Positions 47,765 through 58,833 are shown, counted from the stretch's first letter. The stretch is DNA of 64,000 bases from an uncultured Leptospirales bacterium (GCA_964450405.1 CAYVCQ010000001.1:91858-155857), one strand, 5' to 3'. Numbers and translations: made by a program. The notes: generated from the letters alone by a model not told the origin.

Positions 47765-49468
47765 CTACGGCACAAACTTCTTCACCAGAGGAATCCTTCT
47801 CCCGATACCGAAGGCCTTCGATGTAACCTTCAGTCCCGGTGCCGCCTGGAATCTTTTATATTCGTTGATGTTCACAAGACGGAGAACAAAGTCCACTGTC
47901 TCGCGGCTGTATCCAAGCTGTTCAATTTCATCGGCCGACATTCTCTGTTCGATATAGAGTTCCAGTATACCGTCAAGTATATCATATGGCGGAAGAGAAT
48001 CCTGGTCTTTCTGGTCAGGGCGAAGTTCAGCCGAAGGCGCCTTCTCAATTATTGCACGGGGTATTATCTCTCTTCCCGCTTTTCTGTTTATATGCTCAGA
48101 AAGTTCATACACAAGAGTTTTAGGCAGGTCGGAGATCACGGCGAGTCCTCCGCACATGTCGCCGTACATGGTGCAGTAACCCGTTGCACACTCGGACTTG
48201 TTCCCTGTTGTTAAAAGCATTGCGCCGGTTTTGTTGCTCACCGACATCAGCAGAGTTCCGCGTATCCTCGCCTGGATATTCTCCTCGGTAACATCCTCCG
48301 CCATGCCGTGAAACAGAATATCAAGATCATTATTGAACTGATCATAGAGCCCTTTAATCGCAATAGTCTCTATCCTCATCCCTAAATTTTCCGCAAGTGC
48401 ATACGAATCATCAACACTCCCCGACGATGAAAAGACCGACGGCATTGTGATACCAAATACATTTTCTGCACCCAGCGCATCACAGGCAATAGCCGCAGTG
48501 AGAGCTGAGTCTATTCCGCCGCTGAGACCTAGTACACATTTTTTAAATCCGGATTTGTGCATATAATCTTTAACGCCAAGAGCAAGCCCCTTCCGGATAT
48601 CGTCAAGATCATCCACCTCAATTTTCATCTCACTGCCCGAGTCGAGCTCAACATACAGCAGAGCCTCCTCAAATCCCTTCGCATGTGCATAAATCTCTCC
48701 GCTTCTATTAATACAGAAACTGTTCCCGTCAAAAATCAGACTATCATTACCTCCAGCCTGATTGGCATAAATCACTGAAACTCCATGTTCAGATGCAAGA
48801 CGCGACAGCATCTCCATCCTCACCTGTCTCTTCCCTTTAATATATGGCGACGCGGAGATGTTTATAATAACCTCTGCTCCCTTCTCTATCAGAATTTTAA
48901 CCGGATCAGCATGATATCTCCGCTGCTCCATAAATCTGCTGTTATCAGTGTTAAGCGCAGACCAGATATCCTCGCATATCGTAACTCCGATCTTCCTCCC
49001 CATAAATTCAAATACTGAGGAGGTCTTTGCCGGGGAAAAATACCTGTACTCGTCAAAAACATCATACCCAGGAAGCAGAGTTTTATCCTGCCTGAAAATA
49101 ATTTCCCCATTTTGAATAACAGCTGCGGAGTTAAAAAGCATCGGAGGATTTTCCATATTGTAATCTACAAATCCAAGCACCACTGTACATTTTACTGTTC
49201 TGCAGAATTCCTTTATCGTTTCCAGAGAGCGGAGATTATCATCAACCAGCTTGCTGTTCTCAAGAAGATCCATGGGAGGATATCCCACAGTTGACATCTC
49301 CGGAAATATTACAAGATCTGCCGATTTAGACTCTGCGCTTTTTATAAAAGAGATAATCTTATTTTTATTCCCTTCGATATCTGCTATTACCGGATTTATC
49401 TGTGCTATTGCTATTTTCATTGTTGTATCCTTTATTGATTTATCTGGAATCAGCCTTTTCTTCTTCAT
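47765..49468 (-). CDS. nadE: Glutamine-dependent NAD+ synthetase (N-terminal CN-hydrolase domain plus NAD synthase domain)
   Basis: Nitrilase-like N-terminus KIAIAQINPVIADIEGN. PP-loop VLGLSGGIDSALTAAIA. 567 aa. Confidence 0.85.
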   Translation of the reverse strand: MKKKRLIPDKSIKDTTMKIAIAQINPVIADIEGNKNKIISFIKSAESKSADLVIFPEMSTVGYPPMDLLENSKLVDDNLRSLETIKEFCRTVKCTVVLGFVDYNMENPPMLFNSAAVIQNGEIIFRQDKTLLPGYDVFDEYRYFSPAKTSSVFEFMGRKIGVTICEDIWSALNTDNSRFMEQRRYHADPVKILIEKGAEVIINISASPYIKGKRQVRMEMLSRLASEHGVSVIYANQAGGNDSLIFDGNSFCINRSGEIYAHAKGFEEALLYVELDSGSEMKIEVDDLDDIRKGLALGVKDYMHKSGFKKCVLGLSGGIDSALTAAIACDALGAENVFGITMPSVFSSSGSVDDSYALAENLGMRIETIAIKGLYDQFNNDLDILFHGMAEDVTEENIQARIRGTLLMSVSNKTGAMLLTTGNKSECATGYCTMYGDMCGGLAVISDLPKTLVYELSEHINRKAGREIIPRAIIEKAPSAELRPDQKDQDSLPPYDILDGILELYIEQRMSADEIEQLGYSRETVDFVLRLVNINEYKRFQAAPGLKVTSKAFGIGRRIPLVKKFVP

Positions 49469-49472
49469 CCAA

Positions 49473-49859
49473 TCAGACCAGGCGCACCGGTCCGGGATAT
49501 TGCGCCACCAGTGAATCTGAAGTCAGCAGCACGATACCTTCAACAGTTGCCTGTGCAACAAGAATGCGATCAAAGGGATCTTTATGAATTTGAGGTAAAG
49601 TATCTGTAGCTACTGCATGCTCACTATTGATGGATAGTTCTCTATAACCATTATCAAAAAGTCCTCTGCGAAGAATTCTCACATTTACCTGAAAATCTGC
49701 CCGACCAATTGCATTTTTAACAGCAATTTCCCATATACTGGCAGCACTGAAAAACAGTTCATTCTCCGGATCATTAAGCAATGAGCGCGTATCTTCTGAT
49801 AACCTATCCGATTTACCCGCAGCCCATAAAAGAAGATGAGTATCCAGCAGCAGCTTCAT
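49473..49859 (-). CDS. vapC: PIN-domain toxin VapC
   Basis: LLLDTHLLLW, SIWEIAVK and DPFDRILVAQA acidic triad arrangement. Confidence 0.75.
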   Translation of the reverse strand: MKLLLDTHLLLWAAGKSDRLSEDTRSLLNDPENELFFSAASIWEIAVKNAIGRADFQVNVRILRRGLFDNGYRELSINSEHAVATDTLPQIHKDPFDRILVAQATVEGIVLLTSDSLVAQYPGPVRLV

Positions 49860-50113
49860 CAGTTGCCCCCGAAAAGCTGCTCAATTTCTGCACTGCCCAT
49901 CCGGTCAAAATCATCAGGTACTGAGATCTGGTTATCGAGGAAACCGATCCGTTTTTCGTGACCGGGCTCCTGTGAATCAAAGGCCATAACTTTAACAAGC
50001 GGCTTACCAGCCTTTGCAATAACGAACGGTTCACCCTTAACCGCTTGCTCTATCAATTTCGATAGATGCGTTTTAGCTTCATGAATATTGACAATTTGCA
50101 CGGGCTCCTCCAC
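49859..50113 (-). CDS. Phd/YefM-type antitoxin (VapB partner)
   Basis: 84 aa: IVNIHEAKTHLSKLIEQAVKGEPFVIAKAGKPLVKV. 1-nt overlap with vapC. Imperfect palindrome cagacttagttcattaaacttagtctg immediately upstream. Confidence 0.7.
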   Translation of the reverse strand: MEEPVQIVNIHEAKTHLSKLIEQAVKGEPFVIAKAGKPLVKVMAFDSQEPGHEKRIGFLDNQISVPDDFDRMGSAEIEQLFGGN

Positions 50114-50283
50114 AGACTTAGTTCATTAAACTTAGTCTGTTATTAATAAAAGTCAATATTTTTTTGAAAAAACTGCCTATATTTTCATCCACAGGAGTTA
50201 AAAAATCAAAAACTTGACATTTTCATACTTGTTATTAATTGTGGAAGTTTCCTAAAAATTGCATGTTCACAGAGGAGAATCAG

Positions 50284-51582
50284 ATGATTCCTATTAAAAA
50301 ACTGAAAGATCTAAGTGCGGTCGAACTCGATCTGCTTTTTAACAGATTCGGAGAAGACTTCAGTTCTATCATGATAAATACAGTTGTCCCCATTGTAAAC
50401 GATGTAAAGCTTAACGGTGAGGATGCTGTTAAAAAATACACAGAGAAGTTTGATGGCGTTAAACTTGAACATGTAATCGCCACACAGGAAGAAATTGACG
50501 AAGGACATAAAAACACTCCGAAGGATGTGCTTGAAGCTTTTATGAGAGCAAAGGCAAATGTCGAGGAGTTCCACAGAAGACAACTTAAAGACAATTCAAT
50601 ATATACACGTGAAGACGGAATTACCCTTGGTGTTAACTACCAGGCGATCGAAAGTGCCGGCATATATGTCCCCGGCGGAAAGGCGTCATATCCCTCATCA
50701 GTGCTTATGGGAGTTTTACCAGCTCAGATTGCCGGAGTTAAAGATATCACAGTAATTACTCCTCCGAACAAAAACGGAAAGGTGCCGGATATCATTTACG
50801 CCATCTGCAAAGAGTGCGGAGTTAAAAATATTATCAAATCCGGCGGCGCACAGGGAATAGCCTTTGCAGCTTTCGGATCGGACAAACATAAAAAGTCCGA
50901 TATAATTGTCGGTCCGGGAAACATTTTTGTCACGGCGGCAAAGACATATCTCTTCAGCATGGGTGTAATCCAGATAGACTCAATGGCGGGCCCCAGTGAA
51001 GTTCTTATAATTTCAGATGAAAAATCAAATCCGAAATGGGTTGCGTGGGATCTTCTTTCTCAGGCGGAACATGAGGAACGCGCGCTTGCGGTACTTGTTA
51101 CTACATCGGAAAAACTTGCTAAAGAAGTAAAAGAAGAGATAATCAAAGATATCGATTCCGGCTGCGGAAGACATGAAATAAAAAAGACAGCGATTCAAAA
51201 AGGTATTATCATAACTGTAGACTCGCTTGATGAAGCAATTGAATTCAGCAACAACTACGGTCCTGAGCATATGGAGTTCATGGTGGATAATCCCCTTGAG
51301 TATATCGGGCGGATTAAAAATGTCGGATCTCTCTTCCTTGGAAGATACGCTCCGGTTGCAGTGGGAGATTACTACTCGGGAACAAATCACATTCTTCCAA
51401 CGGGCGGCGCGGCGAGATTTTCATCTGGAACATCTGTTGAAACATTTTTAAGAAGAACTACTTTTCAGCTTCTTAATGAGGAATCATTGAAAAAAACAAT
51501 GCCATATGTAAAACTTATGTCCGAGTACGAAGGCTTTGACGACAAGCATGGCGGTTCTGTCGAGATCAGATTTAAAAAGTAA
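50284..51582 (+). CDS. hisD: Histidinol dehydrogenase
   Basis: HisD-like throughout, including the ..AQAEHEERA.. catalytic region and a C-terminal HGGSVE. Start at ATG 50284; the track start at 50239 is an upstream extension. Confidence 0.85.
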   Translation: MIPIKKLKDLSAVELDLLFNRFGEDFSSIMINTVVPIVNDVKLNGEDAVKKYTEKFDGVKLEHVIATQEEIDEGHKNTPKDVLEAFMRAKANVEEFHRRQLKDNSIYTREDGITLGVNYQAIESAGIYVPGGKASYPSSVLMGVLPAQIAGVKDITVITPPNKNGKVPDIIYAICKECGVKNIIKSGGAQGIAFAAFGSDKHKKSDIIVGPGNIFVTAAKTYLFSMGVIQIDSMAGPSEVLIISDEKSNPKWVAWDLLSQAEHEERALAVLVTTSEKLAKEVKEEIIKDIDSGCGRHEIKKTAIQKGIIITVDSLDEAIEFSNNYGPEHMEFMVDNPLEYIGRIKNVGSLFLGRYAPVAVGDYYSGTNHILPTGGAARFSSGTSVETFLRRTTFQLLNEESLKKTMPYVKLMSEYEGFDDKHGGSVEIRFKK

Positions 51583-51600
51583 TTTAAGCGGAGAAAATAA

Positions 51601-52680
51601 ATGAGTAAAAAAGCCTGGTTAATACTTGAAGACGGCACTGAATTTGAAGGAAAGATGTTCGGCTATGAAGATGAATCAATCGGAGAGGCTGTATTTAACA
51701 CTTCAATGAGCGGTTATCAGGAGGTACTGACAGATCCCTCTTACAGCGGACAGATAGTTACCATGACATATCCCATGATAGGAAACTATGGAGTAAACAA
51801 AGAGGATGTAGAATCTGACAGAATTCATGTTGCAGGATTTGTCGTTAAAGAGTACAGCCGGACATACTCAAACTTCCGGGCAACAGGTTCACTTGGTGAT
51901 TACCTGAAAGATGGAAAAATTTCCGCCATAGAAGGGATCGATACAAGAATGCTCACCCGCCATATAAGAGACAAGGGTGCAATGAAAGCGGGAATTTTCT
52001 TCGATAAAAAAGATGCACGCGATAAACTCATGGCACATCCTTCCATGGAGGGGCTTGACCTTGCCTCTAAGGTTTCCTGCAAAACAAAATACGTTTTTGG
52101 TGAATGTAAAACAGGAAATCCGGAAGTTGCGGTTTTCGATTTCGGTGTAAAAACAAATATATTACGGCTTCTGAACGAATCAGGATTCAACATTACCGTT
52201 TACCCGGGAAATACTCCGCTGAAGGAAGCAATGAGCAATGGAGCAAAGGGTGTTTTTCTATCTAACGGTCCCGGAGATCCGGCGGCAGTTGTTTACGCGA
52301 AGGCTCTTGTAGAAGATGTCATGAAGGAAAAAATTCCATGTTTTGGAATATGTCTTGGACACCAGATTATGGGTATCGGATTCGGCGGTAAAACATACAA
52401 GCTGAAGTTCGGACATCGCGGTGGTAACCAGCCGGTAAAAAATCTTGAAACAGGTAATGTTGAGATTACATCTCAGAATCATGGATTTGCCGTTGATATG
52501 GAATCTCTGAAGAAAATGAGCGACGTGGAAGTAACTCACATAAATCTTAATGACAATACAGTGGAAGGGATTCAGCATAAAAAGTATCCTATATTTTCAG
52601 TACAGTACCACCCGGAGGCAAGTCCCGGACCTCACGACTCGCAGTATCTTTTCGGAAAATTCAGGAGTATGATCTCTTAG
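51601..52680 (+). CDS. carA: Carbamoyl-phosphate synthase small (glutamine amidotransferase) subunit
   Basis: N-terminal CPSase small-subunit domain plus class-I GATase (GICLGHQIM, catalytic Cys-His). Confidence 0.85.
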   Translation: MSKKAWLILEDGTEFEGKMFGYEDESIGEAVFNTSMSGYQEVLTDPSYSGQIVTMTYPMIGNYGVNKEDVESDRIHVAGFVVKEYSRTYSNFRATGSLGDYLKDGKISAIEGIDTRMLTRHIRDKGAMKAGIFFDKKDARDKLMAHPSMEGLDLASKVSCKTKYVFGECKTGNPEVAVFDFGVKTNILRLLNESGFNITVYPGNTPLKEAMSNGAKGVFLSNGPGDPAAVVYAKALVEDVMKEKIPCFGICLGHQIMGIGFGGKTYKLKFGHRGGNQPVKNLETGNVEITSQNHGFAVDMESLKKMSDVEVTHINLNDNTVEGIQHKKYPIFSVQYHPEASPGPHDSQYLFGKFRSMIS

Positions 52681-52686
52681 GAGATA

Positions 52687-53040
52687 CTACTCCCTGTCCC
52701 ACTCTTCCGCTTCATAAGCCAGCCTGTTAAGGGCGCTCTTAAGCTTTTTATTCCGCTCCTCAGCCGGTGGAAATTCTATACCGGAATATCTTGTCATAGC
52801 TTCAATCGCCCGTGCAAGAGTAGTATCACCCTTTGCATCATTGAAAAAACTCATAATCAGAGCCCTGCCGCTTGTGCTGGTTGGGTGGACAATTAAAGCC
52901 TCCGTCGCGTGAAAGAGAGCCTCTTTGAATTCTTCTTTTCCCAAAGTTTTATCCTCTGTTTTGTAATTAAGCAGAAAGATATTAATCTGTCCATTAAATA
53001 ATGCGAGTATAAGTACTCCGGAGAAAAATTTTTTATTCAT
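52687..53040 (-). CDS. Small exported hypothetical protein
   Basis: Signal peptide MNKKFFSGVLILALFNG. 117 aa. Confidence 0.45.
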   Translation of the reverse strand: MNKKFFSGVLILALFNGQINIFLLNYKTEDKTLGKEEFKEALFHATEALIVHPTSTSGRALIMSFFNDAKGDTTLARAIEAMTRYSGIEFPPAEERNKKLKSALNRLAYEAEEWDRE

Positions 53041-53526
53041 GAATCAGCAATAACACACTGTGAATACTAATACAACTCTCTATAGCATGAGGGGTCACAA
53101 GGTTCGTCTGTTGCTAATGTACAAGCTTGTACTGAGCTGCACCGAAATAACGTTCAAAAAAAATGCCGACCTTGACAAAACTCTTCAATGCGACCAGTTT
53201 GAAAAAACAATTTTTTCCTTTTATTTAATTACTATTATCCTGTAACTAACGCGATGCTCACCTTCGTTCTGTCGCAGAATACCTTTTTCTAAAAGTTCCG
53301 CAAGTTCTCCCTGAGCAGTAGCCCTGATTGAAATCAAATACCTTTAAAATACTTAATAATTGTTAAGATAAGCATTCATTATACACAGTATTTTAATAAA
53401 TATTTTAGCCCCTTTTTTTAATATGAAAATCTTGACATTCCATTAACAACGTGTCACATTATGATGCTTATTTTTTGAAATATTCTTATTATTCCAGTCC
53501 AGACTATTAACAGATCGAGGTATTAA

Positions 53527-55413
53527 ATGAAAAGGATAATCATCACATTTGTCACAATTATACTGGGTTCTTCTAGTATTATCTTTGGCATGGAAGTATA
53601 TGACAGTGTTACTATTTTTATTCGCTATGCGGATACAATTAAAAGTGAATGCATGTCCGGTGACTGCATAAACGGAAAAGGAGTAGCGCAGTTCGGTGAA
53701 ACAAATTTACACTACGATGGGGATTTTAAAAACGGCAGGATGGATGGAAATGGTACATTAACCAACCAGGGCTGGTCATATACCGGCCAGTGGGAAAAGG
53801 GACTTATGCATGGCCAAGGCATTCTAACTTATGAAGATGGGAAAACTGATGAAGGCAGCTTTCTTATGGGAAGGTACACAGGAAAATGTGAAACGGGCGA
53901 TTGTAATAGCGGTAAAGGTACACTCACCTGGGCTGATGGCAAGAAGTATGAAGGTTATGTAAAAGATGGCATGATGGATGGAACCGGTACATTAACATGG
54001 GATATTTTAATGTACCCCAAGGGTGCAATAATATATACAGGTCAGTTTACAAAAGGCCTGCGTAACGGACAGGGAACAATGACTGATCCCAACAATACCT
54101 ATAATGGCCAATGGAAAGATGATAGTAAGAATGGCCTGGGAACATTAGAAAGTTCAGGGTATACCTATAAGGGGGAATGGAAAGATAACATGATGCACGG
54201 ACAGGGAGTAATGTTATACTCTGACGGCAGCAGGGATCAGGGACGCTTTGTTAAAGGCAGATATACAGGTAAATGTGAAGCAGGTGACTGTAAAAACGGC
54301 AAAGGCACACTTACGTGGGCCACTGGTGGAAAATATACCGGTGAAATTAAAGACGGCATGATGAATGGAACAGGTACTTTTATCTGTAATAATTATACCT
54401 ATACCGGTCAGTTCAGGGATGGCCTCATACACGGCAAGGGTAAATTCATTGGCAAGAAAAATGATATAGTTATGCCAGTTGAAGCGAAATACGATGGAGA
54501 GTGGAAAGAGGGTGTACTGGTAAAGGCCACAGGAACCATTACAAACTACGCTGGAACTTATACAGGTGAATTTAAAAATGGAAAAATAAACGGAAAAGGA
54601 ACAATGATTTTCAAAAACGGTTCCAGCTATAAAGGACAGTGGGAAAACGAAAAAATGCACGGTGAAGGTGTTTATAAATATGCCGATGGCAAAACCGATT
54701 CAGGAAATTTTAAAAACGACAGATTCCTTGGCAAGTGCATATCCGGCAACTGTACTAACGGCAAAGGCACGGCAATCTGGTCAGACGGTTCTAAGTATAC
54801 AGGTGAATTTATAGAAGGAGAAAAACGCGGTCAGGGCATAATGATTAATGCTGACGGCAGCAAATATGTGGGTGAATTTTTCGGTGGTCAATACTACGGC
54901 AAGGGAACACTTACAGAAAAAGATGGTACAGTTAAAACAGGACTTTTTTCTTTAGGTGATTATGATGGCAATTGTAAAAAGGGTGACTGTGAAAACGGTT
55001 ATGGTGAATTTGATTATGCGGACGGCACATCCTATAAGGGTGAATGGAAAGACGGACACTATAACGGTAACGGCACATATAAAGGTAATGAATCAAAAGA
55101 TAATGATCCCGAAGAGGATTACGACGACGGTATGCATCATATTTATTACAATAACAGTACATATATTGGCCAGTGGAAAGACGGACAGAAAGATGGTGAA
55201 GGACTTTACACAGGTTCAGGCGGTGATACATATGACGGTCAATGGAAGAATGACAAAAAGAATGGCAAGGGCACAATGGAATGGACTGACGGTTATAAGT
55301 ACATCGGTGATTGGAAAGATGACAAGCAAGATGGTCTGGGAATTTTTTATAATTATGACGGGACAATATCCCAGCAGGGCCGCTGGAAAGATGGTAAATT
55401 CATCGGAGAATAA
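53527..55413 (+). CDS. MORN-repeat protein (628 aa) built from repeated CxxGDCxNGKG / GxYxGxWKDxxxxGxG modules
   Basis: N-terminal TM/signal. At least 20 MORN-like units (YTGQWEKGLMHGQG, YEGYVKDGMMDGTG, ...). Seven recurrences of GKC(E/I)(T/S)GDC(N/K)(S/N)GKGT. Confidence 0.7.
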   Translation: MKRIIITFVTIILGSSSIIFGMEVYDSVTIFIRYADTIKSECMSGDCINGKGVAQFGETNLHYDGDFKNGRMDGNGTLTNQGWSYTGQWEKGLMHGQGILTYEDGKTDEGSFLMGRYTGKCETGDCNSGKGTLTWADGKKYEGYVKDGMMDGTGTLTWDILMYPKGAIIYTGQFTKGLRNGQGTMTDPNNTYNGQWKDDSKNGLGTLESSGYTYKGEWKDNMMHGQGVMLYSDGSRDQGRFVKGRYTGKCEAGDCKNGKGTLTWATGGKYTGEIKDGMMNGTGTFICNNYTYTGQFRDGLIHGKGKFIGKKNDIVMPVEAKYDGEWKEGVLVKATGTITNYAGTYTGEFKNGKINGKGTMIFKNGSSYKGQWENEKMHGEGVYKYADGKTDSGNFKNDRFLGKCISGNCTNGKGTAIWSDGSKYTGEFIEGEKRGQGIMINADGSKYVGEFFGGQYYGKGTLTEKDGTVKTGLFSLGDYDGNCKKGDCENGYGEFDYADGTSYKGEWKDGHYNGNGTYKGNESKDNDPEEDYDDGMHHIYYNNSTYIGQWKDGQKDGEGLYTGSGGDTYDGQWKNDKKNGKGTMEWTDGYKYIGDWKDDKQDGLGIFYNYDGTISQQGRWKDGKFIGE

Positions 55414-55425
55414 CCCGATGTAAAG

Positions 55426-55832
55426 ATGTACCACATAAAGGAGTTACTGATCATTTTAATAATGCTAATCTTGGGCTATTCTGCAGTAATTTTTGACCAC
55501 AATCTTGAAAGCGATGAATCTCAACTCATCTCAGAACTACAGTTTCCTGATGCTCAATGTACATCAGGAAACTGTATCAACGGACAGGGAGTCAAGCTGT
55601 TCGGTTACACTGGCAATGCAGGCAACAGGCAATTCGACCGTGTAAAGTATGAAGGTGAATTCAAAAACAGCATGATTCATGGAATCGGAACATTGACCAC
55701 AGCTGACCGCACGTTTATGGGTGCATGGAAGGATGACATGATGCACAGACAGGGTACGATGGTTTAATCGACGGCAGTAAAAATGAAGGACTCTTTGTGA
55801 TAGGAAGGTACTGCGGTAGATACGCTTATTAA
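55426..55832 (+). pseudogene. Truncated MORN-repeat paralogue with a -1 frameshift near 55755
   Basis: Frame 1 ends ...AWKDDMMHRQGTMV*. Frame 3 continues YDGLIDGSKNEGLFVIGRYCGRYAY*, which matches the downstream module of the neighbouring gene (..SDGSRDQGRFVKGRYTGKC..). Confidence 0.55.
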
Positions 55833-56153
55833 GAAAAGTTCAGACAATAAACAGTAAACACCCTCTCTTTTGACAATTTTTTGCGGTTTTTTTCTGCATC
55901 ATGCCATCGTGATGAAACTAATCCAGCGAATCATCATGCAAAAAATATTTTTTACTTCAGCTGACAGGATAGCGATCTCGAAAAAAAGTATTCAACACAA
56001 CCTGTATTAAAATAAATTTTAAAAAAAATAATAAACTTCCCGAAAACAATACATATATTATTATAAAGTAATATCACTTTTTAAAACCGGCAACGGGTTG
56101 ATGACTCTTTAAAATAATATCTCAGGAATAGAAGGAGAATAAGGTTAAAACAA

Positions 56154-56435
56154 ATGGAAGTAATACATGACAATAAAAAAAAGTCTTTCTACATCAGTGA
56201 TGAAAAGATTATAGCTGAAATGACATACATCAATTCAGGAAGTAAAATTATAATAGAACATACCCTGGTTGATTCAAATCACCGCGGTGAAGGATTGGGC
56301 AATGTTCTTCTGGATGGAGTGGCTGATTTTGCAAGGAAATCAGGAATAAAAGTCACCCTGCAATGCCCATATGCACAAAAATTGTTTAAGGATAACCCTG
56401 AATTATACGGAGATGTTCTATCGCTGGATAATTAA
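56154..56435 (+). CDS. Small GNAT-family N-acetyltransferase (YjdJ-like)
   Basis: HTLVDSNHRGEGLGNVLLDGVADFARKSGIKV resembles the acetyl-CoA-binding motif A (R/Q-x-x-G-x-G/A). GAAGGAG Shine-Dalgarno. Confidence 0.6.
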   Translation: MEVIHDNKKKSFYISDEKIIAEMTYINSGSKIIIEHTLVDSNHRGEGLGNVLLDGVADFARKSGIKVTLQCPYAQKLFKDNPELYGDVLSLDN

Positions 56436-56604
56436 TTGTTTCAGACTCTTATGCTTTACTGTTTCTTTCAAGTAATTGTTTTTCTATTCTCCGGTCAGGT
56501 ACAAGCCAGATAACCGCGATTAAAACTATAATTATAATTGAAATAAACGGCAAGTAGAATGCCGCAGGAATTGACACAGCATATGCTGCAACCGGCAATT
56601 CTGC

Positions 56605-57042
56605 TTATTCACAAATTCTTTTTAAAATTCCCAGAGCTTTAGGCCAGGTGCCCTGCATGTATTCTTCAAATTCATCAATTACTTTTATATCCACTTTCAA
56701 TTCAGTGACACCTTTTGATTCGTTAAAAGTATAATTCTCAAAAGACTGCCCCCAGCTCCTAGCTTCCGGACTATCGAAATCTTCAATTCCATTTTTTATG
56801 ATACCCAGATGCTTGATAGAAAGAAAAGTATAAGGTTTATTCACAGCAATAGTCGACGTCATTCCTCCGCTTCCGTCGGGGCCTAAAAATTTTATTTTTG
56901 AACCTTCATCCCATGAGCCTTCAAAATATGATCCAGGTGAAAAAGTTTCGGTCCATATTTTATAGGTTTCTTTATCGAACATTTTATCCCAGACTTTTTC
57001 CTTTGGCGCATTTATCTTAATTGAGTATTGTAAAGTTTTCAT
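56605..57042 (-). CDS. SRPBCC-superfamily protein (AHSA1/START-like)
   Basis: 145 aa. ..YSIKINAPKEKVWDKMFDKETYKIWT.. opening is typical of the family. Confidence 0.55.
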   Translation of the reverse strand: MKTLQYSIKINAPKEKVWDKMFDKETYKIWTETFSPGSYFEGSWDEGSKIKFLGPDGSGGMTSTIAVNKPYTFLSIKHLGIIKNGIEDFDSPEARSWGQSFENYTFNESKGVTELKVDIKVIDEFEEYMQGTWPKALGILKRICE

Positions 57043-57503
57043 AATTTCCTCCTTACTAAATGTACAGGTTCACATATGAAATTTTTTCTTTAGTAAAGTT
57101 ACTGAAGAAAACCAAAAGATTTTACAAGCTTTCGATTATGAATTTTCTTTTTACCTGATTAGCATAATATACTAAACAAAAGGAAATACGGAAAGGCCAT
57201 TTTTATTTTTAGATAATTTTTTCTAATCGTTTTTGATATAGTAATTTTCGACAATCAGTAGAAAGTAAAAACGATATTCAAAGATCATAATGAATATTAC
57301 CAGAAATTCAATTCCTTATCATTCTTGACAATAATTCTTCAATACCCCCTGCTTAAATTAAATTTTTAAAAGAGTAAATTGTGCCCTTTAAATGCTGAGC
57401 AGTCACAAACCCCGCCGCCTTTGGAGGCGGGGAAATAACTAACAAGAAAGTTCTAAATTTAAAATATTAAGCCAATTACTTATGGGTGATCAAGGAGAGA
57501 TAA

Positions 57504-58163
57504 ATGGAAAATATAGAATTAAAACCCTGGAATTGGCAGAAAGTAACCGGTAAAGATCGGCTTCACTGGCAGACTCCGGCAATGGAAATATTTCATTTTG
57601 CTAACATACTTCACAGGGAAGGCAAAAAGAAGGTGTATGATATTGGATGCGGACTTGGACGCAACTTTTTCTATCTGCTTGAACAGGGCTTTGAATTATA
57701 TGGTTCTGAATATTCCATTGACGCTGTAAATGAAGTGAACAATCAGCTGGAGCAAATAAAATATGCAAATAGAATAAAACATGAATGCATGACTGAATTA
57801 TCCGAACCGGATAATCATTATGATGCTATTATCGCTTACAATGTGATCTACCATGCTTTACGACCAGACCTAGAAAAAATAATTGCTAAATTGAAGAGCA
57901 TACTTAAACCCGAAGGACTTCTCTTTGCCACATTTCTTGCAAAAGGGGATAAACCTATCACATCAAAAATTATTGCACCGAACACATTTGTTAAAGAGGG
58001 TGGAGAGGAAGATGGAATCCCTCATCACTTAATAACTCGCGATGAAATTCCTTTATTGATTGATGGCTTTGAGTTAGTACAACTTTGGGAAAGAATATGG
58101 GAGTATGATAATTTTTCAAAAAAAGGTCATCATTACTGTGTTATTGCCAGAAAGCGTTTGTAG
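57504..58163 (+). CDS. Class I SAM-dependent methyltransferase
   Basis: VYDIGCGLGRN motif I. AAGGAGAG Shine-Dalgarno. Confidence 0.7.
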   Translation: MENIELKPWNWQKVTGKDRLHWQTPAMEIFHFANILHREGKKKVYDIGCGLGRNFFYLLEQGFELYGSEYSIDAVNEVNNQLEQIKYANRIKHECMTELSEPDNHYDAIIAYNVIYHALRPDLEKIIAKLKSILKPEGLLFATFLAKGDKPITSKIIAPNTFVKEGGEEDGIPHHLITRDEIPLLIDGFELVQLWERIWEYDNFSKKGHHYCVIARKRL

Positions 58164-58250
58164 TTTTTTATTTAGAGTAACAAATGATCCTTCTAAGCAA
58201 TAAAGAGAGATAAATACCTGAAAGCTTCCCATTTTGCATAATTAATTTTT

Positions 58251-58291
58251 GTCTGAACCATGATTCGTATGATTGAAGGATTAAATGATTT
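58251..58291. repeat. Family-B repeat, half copy in reverse orientation
   Basis: gtctgaaccatgattcgtatgattgaaggattaaatgattt. Confidence 0.7.
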
Positions 58292-58449
58292 AGTCGTGTG
58301 ACAGCAGTCTTTATCAAGAAAATATTTTAATTCTTACACAGATAAATTCATTAATATTCTTGAGTCAATATTACCAACATCTACTGTAATTAAATTTAAC
58401 CATAATAATAATTTATAATCAAACATCAAATCTGCAGTTCAGTATTCTT

Positions 58450-58833
58450 TTAATCATTCTGAGCTTGAAGGTAATCAATTTTTCTAATTCTAATTGTCTT
58501 TGGTGTTACCACGGTAAATGCCTGCAATAACTCATTACTGTAATTTTTCAGAACACTTGATATAAGCTCAGCTTTTTCGTTATTTGATATTCCAAAAACA
58601 CGAAAAAGCACAACTCCCGTCGTAATCATTTTTTTACGGAACACGAGTTCTCCGAAATCCTTATCAGTGGTAAGTAAAAGTGCATCATTACGGTTAGCAA
58701 TTTCCATAACTTTATCGTCAGAAATTCCACGATCCATATCAAGGACATACCAGATTTTATATCCTTCATTTTTAAGAGCATCGGCAATGGGTCTGTCTAT
58801 GCTTTCATCCAATATCAGTTTCATTTTAAGCAC
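58450..58833 (-). CDS. DUF5615-like (PIN-like) protein, the putative toxin-like partner of the DUF433 protein
   Basis: 127 aa. N-terminal ..KLILDESIDRPIADALKNEGYKIWYV.. is typical of this family. 8-nt overlap with the upstream DUF433 gene. Confidence 0.5.
   Translation of the reverse strand: MLKMKLILDESIDRPIADALKNEGYKIWYVLDMDRGISDDKVMEIANRNDALLLTTDKDFGELVFRKKMITTGVVLFRVFGISNNEKAELISSVLKNYSNELLQAFTVVTPKTIRIRKIDYLQAQND

Noticed and set aside
47420-47957. Overlapping plus-strand ORFs (71 and 158 aa) in the convergent spacer between the MBL gene and nadE
   Set aside because: The region is dominated by C5/G5 hairpins (bidirectional terminator-like). The proteins are low-complexity and overlap the nadE 3' end.
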